Below, one piece after another: positions 6,472 through 14,423 of a DNA stretch of 30,460 nt (position 1 is the first letter of the stretch; each line of letters begins with the position of its first letter). The notes under the pieces are model-generated. The model was not told the DNA's origin, made no database searches, and saw only the letters and a program-made list of their open reading frames with translations. The position numbers and the translations under genes are program-made. This DNA comes from Amoebidium appalachense (Eukaryota; Protista; Ichthyosporea), in the NCBI GenBank assembly GCA_963693365.1, contig CAVNZM010000046.1, forward strand, positions 1 through 30,460, in the 5' to 3' direction.

Positions 6472-9099
6472 CTACTTGACGAGTCGCAACAGCACCGTGT
6501 ACCGACCGACCACGAGGTTGTCTTCCAAATCACGCACCTCGACTGACACGGACGTGGCCGCGGTGCGGTGCATGAGCCACATCTGCCCGTGCGAGCTCAG
6601 GAGGTCCGCGCGCACCGTGTGGCCGTCACGCACCAGCACGTACGTCAGGCCCGGGCGGGAGCGGCCGGCGTAGTCGTTGGGGTCGGTGGGCATGGTTTCG
6701 GCAGTGGATGGGTCCGACTGGAGGGCGGGCCGGCACCAACTGACGCCCCTGCCGAAGACGTCATCGATCTTGACATAGAAAAGCATGGTCGCAGGGGCTG
6801 GCCGGGGACACGGAACCATTAAGGCGCTGCCGTCCGTGTAGTAATACCTTCTGGGCGGACGAAACTGCAAGATGCCCACCCTGTCCAGGGCGCTGTTTTC
6901 GAAGTAGCTCCGCCTAATGCTCGCCCAATCCATTTTAGCCGTAACCATCTTCGGGGGTAAAGGGGTATCAAAGTCGACGTCATTGAATGATTCATAGATA
7001 CGACATGATAGAACTTTTTTTGTGGGCTCTGATATCCCAAGGGCACGGCAGAGGGGGCCGGTGAATTCTACACGGATTGGTGTTCTGAAATACTCCGGTG
7101 ACATATAACACAGGTGGCGAAGACGCAACGAATCGTCAGTCCAGAGCAGGGCATTTTCCCAGTTAGGGCGGACGAATATAGTGTAGGTATTCAACTTATC
7201 GTCGTCACCTAAGGGTTGATGACCGATTCTCATGTATACCGCCCTTAAATCTTCCACCACTGCGTCCATAGGATTAGGCGTGTTAGGCACTGGGTTTTCC
7301 TCTGTGAGAATGTACATCAGCGCAAAATATTCTGGCCCGTAGTTGTCCATCCAAGGCTTCATAATGGGGACTGGGCCGTAGGGGTATTCCGCCATTTCGC
7401 TTTGTAACCTTGCATCATAGACTATTGGTTCTGGGTAACTGATCTTTTTTTCTCGGCACACATGTGCAAGTTCCAATGGGGATTTCACTTCTAAATAGAA
7501 AGGCATTAGATAGTCGTGTTTGACCTCGGATGGTTCTATCCTGTTATCGACATGTGGATTATATGGTGATAAACTGACTTCGAATGTGTGGACTGTGTAT
7601 TTTGACACATCAACAGTAACAAGCGATCCAAACTCATTTGAAGTGTAGTAGTATTGGTCTGTACCATGCTGAACCCTGTATATAGTTTGTCGTTCGGAAA
7701 CTTCATTCCCGCCACGAAATTTCCAATTGAACCGATATAGTATACTCTCCAAAAGCACGTGTTCAATTGTATAGTTTATGTCAGAGATCCGATCTGTTTC
7801 GCCGTACAGAGGTTGCGCAAAAAGAAGCCCCCTGTGTATTCTGGCAACGACTGTCCTGCTGGCCAACATGCGGTCATCGATGACGACTATTGAATTAGCC
7901 TCTCGTGGCTTTAGTGAAGAATACGGGTCATGCCCACCAGCTTGGAACCACTCAAGCAGCTCAATAGGCATTGATTCCAGAGGGCGGCTTGAGGGGAAGG
8001 TTGTGGTCGCGTGAACTCTAAGTCTCGTGTAACTCGCACAGTCTTTGGTGTCTTGGAAGTCTTCTGGTGTATAAAAACAGGCCCTATCGCTTAGTGTACC
8101 AGCCGGCAGATCCGGTTTAATATGTGCGCCTGACCCGAAGCCAGCCATTCCCATATTGCCGAACCAGCCTTCATGTATGATTAAAGGTCCATCTGGTGTT
8201 TGCCTCGGTGGTTGAATAAATTCTATCTTTTTCTTGTATGTATCAAGAGTCTTCAAAACAGGCCAACTCTGCATGGGCACAAGACTGATTGGATATCTGT
8301 TCCATTGTATAATGCGTGGAACAGCCGTCCCATTGATATGAAGATCTTGATACGTAGAGTCTGTAGGGTCAAGCTCGGTTGGGCTCAGGTTATGATTGAG
8401 AAACCCAATGGTTGATGTTCGGTCGTAAATTGGTGGTCTTAAACCAAAACTCTCCAGAATATGATTAGATGACAGATACGTCGCCTGAATCCCAAAATTG
8501 AAACGTTTGATCATCGTGTCAATGAGATATGCAGCCGTGTAACGACCTTCGGGGATATTCACGCTGACAGTAATATCACGAAAAGGTGGATCGGGATTGG
8601 TAAGAAGTGTGGGTGCATCTCGCACCACACAACTGACAGTGTTGTTCTTCGCCGTCACAACAAAACCCTCCTCCGTGCTCCCGTGCACGGTCACTGACTC
8701 TACTTGCACCCCCCGAACGCCGTGCACGCGCTGTGCAAGCTGTGTGGTCACCTTGGAATCGGGTGCGGCCATTGAATTGCTCAGGAGCACATACTCGTCC
8801 TCCACTCTACCGCCCGCATCTCGGCTGTATCCACCCATCCCCGCCTGCACGTTACCCCCGTCTGCCCCATGCTCACGGCTGCCCGACGTGGAACCCTCCC
8901 TCACGGTCCGCGTCTGCGCCTGCCGAACTGCACCCCCCACGCCCTGCTTGTTCTGCTGTCTCTGCGCATTTCCCTGCTCTCCCCCTTCCACAAAGGCCTT
9001 CATCTCGGCGTAGATCTTGGCCCGGGACCCGGAGTACGGGGGCATGCCGGGCGTGCGCGACGCACGCCGCCCGTCGCTGTCTGAACCCCGCGTGGCCAT
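6472..9099 (-). CDS. Penton/minor-capsid-like single jelly-roll protein with a very large insertion (875 aa)
   Basis: N-part QLAQRVHGVRGVQVESVTV...NNTV...VNIPEGRYTAAYLI; C-part LCRALG...MLFYVKIDD...VSVEVRDLEDNLVVGRYTVLLRLVK. This is the motif order of NCLDV penton-type proteins and is shared with the gene at 24895. Confidence 0.65.
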   Translation of the reverse strand: MATRGSDSDGRRASRTPGMPPYSGSRAKIYAEMKAFVEGGEQGNAQRQQNKQGVGGAVRQAQTRTVREGSTSGSREHGADGGNVQAGMGGYSRDAGGRVEDEYVLLSNSMAAPDSKVTTQLAQRVHGVRGVQVESVTVHGSTEEGFVVTAKNNTVSCVVRDAPTLLTNPDPPFRDITVSVNIPEGRYTAAYLIDTMIKRFNFGIQATYLSSNHILESFGLRPPIYDRTSTIGFLNHNLSPTELDPTDSTYQDLHINGTAVPRIIQWNRYPISLVPMQSWPVLKTLDTYKKKIEFIQPPRQTPDGPLIIHEGWFGNMGMAGFGSGAHIKPDLPAGTLSDRACFYTPEDFQDTKDCASYTRLRVHATTTFPSSRPLESMPIELLEWFQAGGHDPYSSLKPREANSIVVIDDRMLASRTVVARIHRGLLFAQPLYGETDRISDINYTIEHVLLESILYRFNWKFRGGNEVSERQTIYRVQHGTDQYYYTSNEFGSLVTVDVSKYTVHTFEVSLSPYNPHVDNRIEPSEVKHDYLMPFYLEVKSPLELAHVCREKKISYPEPIVYDARLQSEMAEYPYGPVPIMKPWMDNYGPEYFALMYILTEENPVPNTPNPMDAVVEDLRAVYMRIGHQPLGDDDKLNTYTIFVRPNWENALLWTDDSLRLRHLCYMSPEYFRTPIRVEFTGPLCRALGISEPTKKVLSCRIYESFNDVDFDTPLPPKMVTAKMDWASIRRSYFENSALDRVGILQFRPPRRYYYTDGSALMVPCPRPAPATMLFYVKIDDVFGRGVSWCRPALQSDPSTAETMPTDPNDYAGRSRPGLTYVLVRDGHTVRADLLSSHGQMWLMHRTAATSVSVEVRDLEDNLVVGRYTVLLRLVK

Positions 9100-9124
9100 T
9101 AGTGAGTCTCACCATTTTATTGGA

Positions 9125-10567
9125 TCAACCAGCTCCCAGCAGCAGCAGCACGAGCGCCACCGCGATCACCAGGCCCCAGTACGCCGCGGCGTTCGCGTGC
9201 GCCCAGGCGCTTGCCGACCCCAGTGGTGTTGGGGCAGGCTGTGTCGGCACAGGCGGCGCAGGCGGGTTCTGCGAGTCCTTTCCAGCCTCCCCAGGCACAC
9301 CGGGTACGGCCGGAGCCCCGGGCTCTGAGGGCTTGTTGTCGGGGTTGGTGTTGGTGGTGGTGGCACCCGACTCCTCCTTGCCGATCTGCATGAGGCACTG
9401 CTGTACCTGCGTGGCCTGGATCTTGGCGTCAGTGTTCTCCGTGACCTCCATGGCCTGGTTGCAGATCTGCACGTTGAGCGCCGTGCACTCCTCGTTCTCC
9501 ATGTCGCGCGTCTTGTAGCCCTGCACCTTGCACACGGCGTGGTGGCACTGCACGCTCCAGCCGAACTTCTTCTTGAGTGTGGCGTGGTCCATTCCCGCCG
9601 GCAGCGGCGCAAAGCACCCGCACGTGGGATCATTGACCCCGGCCTCGGTCTTGCAAAAGAACTCGGCATATGCATTCACAGCGCTGTCCTGTGTTGCCGG
9701 GAAAAGGTAGTTCTTGTCCATGCGAGCCTGGTCGTGCAGCGGAACCACCGAATCGTCCCGCCCGCGCGAAAACTCGAGGAGGTCGCGCAGCCGCAGCGGC
9801 CTAGCGGTGTCCCAGTTCTGCTCTCGCTTGTAGTCAAACTTGTACAGCAGGTAGCGGTCGTGCATGCGCAGGAGGCTCACGGGCCGCATGGTGTGGTCGT
9901 TTCCCTTGGCCAGCTCGCCGCGGTACTGGACTCGCAGCTTGGACTGCTGCAGGGACACAAGGTGGCGGTGCGGGGCGCGCAGCCAGTAGTCCGGGTTCCA
10001 GTACTTCTGGTAGTCGTCCCACTTCCAGTCCTGGTTCTTCCTGGAGGCCGAAGGGGCGCACATCTTGTCGCCGGGGTTGTACGTGGGGAAGGCCGGTTGG
10101 TCGCTGAGCGCCACGTAGTCGGCCGGGCACGTGAGCACCTTGAGCCGGGTGGCGTTCTGGCGGGTGCTGGCCGGGCACCCAACGGCCTGTGCGTCCTCCT
10201 GGATGTCTGCCAGGCTGGGGGTGTAGCAGAATCGCGGGTCGTCGTAGATCAGACACACCAGGTCCGAGTCGACGGGGTTGTACTCGGGGTCGCCGTGGTT
10301 TCGCCTGCAGCCGGCGGGGTCCTCTGCGGTCGCACACGAGGCCCACGACACAAAAGAGACGGCCTTGTATTTCGGGAACGCAGGGTGTGGCAGGGGGAAC
10401 TGGAGCTTGAGCGAGGGCATGCGCCCACCGTGGTGCGCCCACTCGTTGCCGAACTGCCAGTCCCACAGTTGCTTTCGGTACTCGTCCCAGCGCACGAACT
10501 TCCACGGGTAGTCCGGGTTCTCCTTGAGACGCTCGATGTCGTCCTTTCCCCAGGTGATGTTGGCCAT
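9125..10567 (-). CDS. Poxvirus A16/G9/J5-like entry-fusion membrane protein (480 aa)
   Basis: FCKTEAGVNDPTCGCF...VQCHHAVCKVQGYKT...CTALNVQICNQ has the Cys spacing of the Pox_G9-A16 domain. It is followed by a Pro-rich stalk and a C-terminal TM helix (YWGLVIAVALVLLLL). Confidence 0.8.
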   Translation of the reverse strand: MANITWGKDDIERLKENPDYPWKFVRWDEYRKQLWDWQFGNEWAHHGGRMPSLKLQFPLPHPAFPKYKAVSFVSWASCATAEDPAGCRRNHGDPEYNPVDSDLVCLIYDDPRFCYTPSLADIQEDAQAVGCPASTRQNATRLKVLTCPADYVALSDQPAFPTYNPGDKMCAPSASRKNQDWKWDDYQKYWNPDYWLRAPHRHLVSLQQSKLRVQYRGELAKGNDHTMRPVSLLRMHDRYLLYKFDYKREQNWDTARPLRLRDLLEFSRGRDDSVVPLHDQARMDKNYLFPATQDSAVNAYAEFFCKTEAGVNDPTCGCFAPLPAGMDHATLKKKFGWSVQCHHAVCKVQGYKTRDMENEECTALNVQICNQAMEVTENTDAKIQATQVQQCLMQIGKEESGATTTNTNPDNKPSEPGAPAVPGVPGEAGKDSQNPPAPPVPTQPAPTPLGSASAWAHANAAAYWGLVIAVALVLLLLGAG

Positions 10568-11319
10568 CAGTTACCATCCTCCCCATTAATTTGTGCACGC
10601 CGGGCCTGCAGCCAAAGCAGCGCGCGGGCGGCCAGGGCACCAGCCACGCCGCCCAGCAGGGGCCCCAGGAAGAAGATCCACAGGTGCTTGAGGTCGTGGC
10701 TGTCGCCAAACGTGGCCGCCGCAAGGCTTCTTGCGGGGTTGATGGAGCAGCCGGTGACAGTGACCAACAGCATGTGCATGAGAAACACCACAGACCCGAT
10801 GGCGAGAGGGGAAATGACGGGCGCGACGTCCTCAAGCTTGGGATGCTTGCATGCCAGCGACACCGTAAACACCAAGAACGCCGTGGCGAGCAACTCCATG
10901 GCCAGGGCCTCGGCCTGGGTGGTCCCGCCGACAAGCCCGTTTGTTCCGAACGAGCCGTGGAGGGCGGGAGGCATGCCGGCCCGCAGCAACGCCGTGCCCA
11001 CGATACCTCCGGTAAACTGGGCGGTGAAGTAGAGCGGGAGAAGCACGGGGTCCAGCCAACCGGCGGCAACCATGCCCAGAGTCACCGCCGGGTTGACGTG
11101 GGCACCCGACACGGGGCCCAGCACGGCCACCAGCCCCCCAACAACACCCCCGAACCCGGCGGCCACAGCAAGGACGTCAGCGGCCGATGATGCACCGTGT
11201 GAGGTTTCACCCGTGGCCATGGCGATGCCGATGGCGGTGAAGGTGAGCAGGGCGGTGCCGCAGAACTCGGCGATGAAGGTGGGTGCGTTGTGCAGGAGGA
11301 AGGACTTCACGCTCTGCAT
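10567..11319 (-). CDS. Aquaporin (MIP family), orthodox water-channel type (250 aa)
   Basis: AEFCGT helix 1, SGAHVNPAVT and TGCSINPARS NPA boxes, WIFFLGPLLGG, six hydrophobic segments. ATG at 11319 (ACCATG). Confidence 0.97.
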   Translation of the reverse strand: MQSVKSFLLHNAPTFIAEFCGTALLTFTAIGIAMATGETSHGASSAADVLAVAAGFGGVVGGLVAVLGPVSGAHVNPAVTLGMVAAGWLDPVLLPLYFTAQFTGGIVGTALLRAGMPPALHGSFGTNGLVGGTTQAEALAMELLATAFLVFTVSLACKHPKLEDVAPVISPLAIGSVVFLMHMLLVTVTGCSINPARSLAAATFGDSHDLKHLWIFFLGPLLGGVAGALAARALLWLQARRAQINGEDGN

Positions 11320-11354
11320 GGTTGAGTGTGGCACACATTTTGTGGGGTGGTGGT

Positions 11355-12185
11355 TTATTTGGACTTTTTGAGGATCTCGCGGGGGCGCTCTACCAGCATG
11401 CCAAGGGAAGTGTGTGGGGGGACCAGGTGGATGATCTCGGTGGCGCTCTCCGTGGTGTTGTACGGCTCGCTTAGGAGCACCACGGAGTCGTACCCACGGG
11501 CCCGGGCCTCATTGATGAGGTCGAAGTCGTAGAAGTCGAAGTAGCCCGTTCCAACAATGGAGCTGTAGTGCGCGCCGCTGCGCATGAGCTCGACGAGTCT
11601 GTCCACCTCGGCCACGTAGTGCTTCTTGTTCTGCGTTTTGGAGAGCACCTGAGACACGAAGTACTGGTCGCCCGGATGGAAGGACTCTTTGGTCAGTCGG
11701 TTGTGGAAGTTCCAGTTTAGCTGCACCAGCGCGTCCAGCTTGGTTTTGGCCACCAGGGGGTTGGCCAGGTTCAGGTACAGGGCGGTGGTGTCTGGGGCGG
11801 CATAGTAAAAGGTATAGGTGGGGCCATTTGGTGCCTTGCGTACGTCACTGGCCCGTCCGAACCGCATGACCTCCACGTACCCCCTGCTAAACGACTCCAG
11901 TTTGGGAAACGGCCGCGTGGTGCACGTCGTCGAGGGCTCACGGTACAGCTTGTCCCGCCTACAGAATTTTGGCGGGTTTTTAAGAAGGAAGTAAGCGTTG
12001 CGCCTGCGCAGGTCGAATGGGCAGCTGTCGGTCTTGTGCACGGCCTTCATGTAGTGTGGGTTGCAGCGGCTGGCCTTGAGCTTGTCGTAGCTGAAGACGC
12101 GCTTGCGGGCGCTGCTGTTGAACAGGTGCTTGTACTCGGTGATGGGCCGTAGCGGCCTGCGCTCACGCGTGCTGGGTGCGTCCAT
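11355..12185 (-). CDS. Putative ADP-ribosyltransferase-fold protein (276 aa)
   Basis: YVEVMR ... FYY ... LYLNLANPL ... ARARGYDSVVL ... TEIIHL resembles the ART-PolyVal-like motif order. ATG 12185. Confidence 0.45.
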   Translation of the reverse strand: MDAPSTRERRPLRPITEYKHLFNSSARKRVFSYDKLKASRCNPHYMKAVHKTDSCPFDLRRRNAYFLLKNPPKFCRRDKLYREPSTTCTTRPFPKLESFSRGYVEVMRFGRASDVRKAPNGPTYTFYYAAPDTTALYLNLANPLVAKTKLDALVQLNWNFHNRLTKESFHPGDQYFVSQVLSKTQNKKHYVAEVDRLVELMRSGAHYSSIVGTGYFDFYDFDLINEARARGYDSVVLLSEPYNTTESATEIIHLVPPHTSLGMLVERPREILKKSK

Positions 12186-12192
12186 CGTGTTG

Positions 12193-12402
12193 TCAGTTGG
12201 CCTTCTTTTTTTGCTCGGGGGCCACCGCAGCCGCCTTGGCACTGCGCGACCGGAAAATCTCCTCGTACATCTTCTCCATGGACGGCCGCGGGGTCTGCTC
12301 GGTCACCTCCCTGCCGTTGAGCTGCAGGTACGTGATCAGTTGGGCAGTGGAAAGGTGGTCGGCCAGACCCACGTGTGGGGACGTGCGGGCGTGCTTGCGC
12401 AT
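12193..12402 (-). CDS. Small HeH/LEM-like protein (69 aa)
   Basis: LSTAQLITYLQLNGREVTEQTPRPSMEKMYEE fits the helix-extension-helix pattern LTxxQLxxxLxxxGxxxxxxxxKxxLxxLY. Basic tail. Confidence 0.5.
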   Translation of the reverse strand: MRKHARTSPHVGLADHLSTAQLITYLQLNGREVTEQTPRPSMEKMYEEIFRSRSAKAAAVAPEQKKKAN

Positions 12403-12432
12403 GTTCTACAGGAGGGGGAACAATTTACAACT

Positions 12433-12816
12433 TTACTCAAGCACCCGCCCGGGGTTCAGCAGCACCAGGGCCTCCTTGGGCCCGCCCTGGGCCTTGCTGC
12501 CCCGCACGTACCAGCCGTCCACGCCGAACGCCTGGCACAGCGTGCGTGCGCGGCGCTGCTGCACGGCCGTCAGCTTCGTGCGCTGCGAGAGCGCCAGCAG
12601 GAGCTGCTTCTCGGGGCTGGGCTGCCCGAGGTCGGGGAGGAGCAGCGTGATGTCGGTCTTGACGGTGTACTGGACGGCATGGACGCCCCTCTTCGCGAGG
12701 TGCGTGCCGTTGCTGAGGATGCGGGCGCCCTTACGGATAGCGAGGGTGACGTTGCCGTTGAAGTGGCGGGAGTTGCACATCTTGCGGTCGAGACACAACC
12801 CGTTCGGTGCGGGCAT
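12433..12816 (-). CDS. Small, possibly degenerate ART-fold protein (127 aa)
   Basis: TAAATG start. Motifs IRKGARI ... YTVKTDITLL ... LCQAFGVDGW ... EALVLLNP. The CDS call is solid; the fold call is tentative. Confidence 0.4.
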   Translation of the reverse strand: MPAPNGLCLDRKMCNSRHFNGNVTLAIRKGARILSNGTHLAKRGVHAVQYTVKTDITLLLPDLGQPSPEKQLLLALSQRTKLTAVQQRRARTLCQAFGVDGWYVRGSKAQGGPKEALVLLNPGRVLE

Positions 12817-12898
12817 TTACGAGGGGCTTGCATTATGTGAGGTGCTTTCGGCTTGGCACGCTGCGGCTGTTGGTTTTTGCACTTCAAGGGCTTCCTGG

Positions 12899-12912
12899 CG
12901 AAGGTATAAAAG
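12899..12912 (+). promoter_or_regulatory. TATA element CGAAGGTATAAAAG
   Basis: TATA lies 42 nt before ATG 12947. 13 nt (GAAGGTATAAAAG) are identical to the element at 18816-18828 on the minus strand. Confidence 0.75.
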
Positions 12913-12946
12913 GCCAACACACTCCCACAGGAGCTCAGTCTGCAAC

Positions 12947-14135
12947 ATGGCACTCCCTCCACCTTCATCTACTCTGACCTCTACCCTGGGGCCCAAGGCT
13001 GCACTGCTCGGCGAGTTCGCCAAGTTCTGGGACCTGGACGGCGACATCGACGAGCTGGCCATCAACGAGGAGCTGAGCGGGGCCCGTGTGCAGGCGCTGT
13101 TGTTCAACTACAAGAACGACAGGGACGGAAGACTCGCCATTGCCGAACATTTCAAGAACCGCGATCATGACATTGAGGGACATGACTACCGTTTTGTTAC
13201 AAAGAGGTGAGACAGACAGACAGCCCCGAAACATGATTTTAATTTTTAATATTACATCAAAGACCCTCTATCCAATGGGAATTTGCGACCCCTGGGTCGC
13301 AAAAAAGGATGATTGGACAATAGCTCTGTGAACTTCCAAATATGGCAATTCTAAAATAATTGACAAGTGAACATTCTGACTTGCGGACTTCAACTGCAGG
13401 GCACAGGGGCGTGGTCGACCCGTGACGGAGATTTTCATGAACCCCAAGACCTTCAAGTTGCTCGTCATGACCGTCCAGACTGCCATCGGACACGAAGTGC
13501 GCTACTACTACTGGCGGGTCGAACAAGCCTTCAAGGTACTGCACCGCCAGAACCGTGCTCAGGTCGAGGCCGCTCTGGCCGAGGCAACCGCGCGTGCCCT
13601 TGAGCACGAGACCCACATCATGCAGCTGTCCAACAACCTGGAGAAGATGGAGCAGTGGTACACGCAGACGGCAGAGCTTCTGGACTCCGCCAACGAGCGC
13701 CTGGCAATGCACGAGTGCGACGATGACCACCCCCAGCGCATCGTGTCCCTTCCCCCTGGAACAATCCCTGTGGCTCGCTGCATGGAGACGGACTACGGGA
13801 GAGAGCTGGCCCGCAAGGTGTTCCATGACGCAGCCATAGTGCTGTGGCGCAACCACGAGGAGTTCGAGCACCGGTTTGACCCCAGCTACTGGAACACGTT
13901 CATCAAGTGGCACATGAATGTGGACGTCGATCAGGGCATGTACCGCTCGCACATCAACGTGTACACCGCCATGTGTAAGGCCGCAAACGTCCTGCACGGG
14001 GTGCCCAAGATTACCCACCTGACCTACACCCAGCTCTATGATGTGCTGCGCCGCCTGGTGCAGATGGGCTGCGACCTGGTGCAGAAGACCGAACTCGAGT
14101 TGGTGTTCGGTGACCAGATCTACATCCCTCTTTAG
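12947..14135 (+). CDS. Spliced MSV199/antirepressor-like DNA-binding protein with coiled coil (exons 12947-13206 and 13400-14135; 331 aa)
   Basis: Splicing keeps the frame and gives EGHDYRFVTKR-AQGRGRPVTEIFMNPKTFKLLVMTVQTAIGHEVRYYYWRVEQ. This restores the ExxDY...GRG...FKxLxM..T..G.EVRxYY..xE motif of MSV199-type NCLDV proteins across the junction. Confidence 0.8.
13207..13399 (+). other. Spliceosomal (U2-type) intron, 193 nt, phase 2
   Basis: Donor AG|GTGAGA, branch TTCTGAC (A at 13379), acceptor CTGCAG|G. About 40% GC by hand count against GC-rich exons. Removal gives an in-frame fusion. Confidence 0.82.
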
Positions 14136-14245
14136 AGGGTTCGGGGGGGGGGTCGTGTTAATTTTTAGCCATTGGCTTGAACCATTTTTGACACCCGTGG
14201 GTGTAGAAATTCCGATGATTTGATTGGTCCGTATTGTCTCACTTC

Positions 14246-14374
14246 TCAAATAAAGTACCCGTTCAGTTCGTTCAGCAGGTTCAGCAGCATGGCCGCAAAC
14301 AGCACGAACGTGGCAATCAGTCGCGCGTACTTGAGCTTGTAGTCAAACGTCCATTGGTCGGGCAGGAGCTTCAT
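14246..14374 (-). CDS. 42-aa single-pass membrane microprotein (below the ORF-track cutoff)
   Basis: MKLLPDQWTFDYKLKYARLIATFVLFAAMLLNLLNELNGYFI*. Strong GC3 bias, CAACATG start, AATAAAAT tract upstream. Confidence 0.6.
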   Translation of the reverse strand: MKLLPDQWTFDYKLKYARLIATFVLFAAMLLNLLNELNGYFI

Positions 14375-14423
14375 GTTGCTTCAGCCCCCTATTTTATTGC
14401 CTGGTTGCCCCGTCCCCACCCCC

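Noticed and set aside
6900-8650. Intein or self-splicing intron as the cause of the low-GC insert
   Set aside because: I saw no intein end motifs (C/S start with HN-C/S/T end) and no LAGLIDADG, HNH or GIY-YIG motif, and the frame is continuous.
9539-11069. Long ORFs 9539..11032 (+) and 9834..11069 (-)
   Set aside because: Shadow or alternative frames of the GC-rich aquaporin and A16/G9/J5-like genes, with no motifs.
12817-13107. Stop read-through from ORF 12817..13107 into 12433..12816
   Set aside because: The upstream ORF is antisense to exon 1 of the MSV199-like gene. TAAATG here is better read as a start context, as at 3564 and 4415.
14142-14152. G homopolymer runs (also 697-709, 3061-3069, 29095-29106) as G-quadruplex regulators
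   Set aside because: Few occurrences in a GC-rich sequence, no consistent position relative to genes, and run lengths may be sequencing artefacts.
13257-14249. 330-aa minus-strand ORF
   Set aside because: Antisense shadow of the MSV199-like exon 2. Non-ATG start, and it runs through a G homopolymer.
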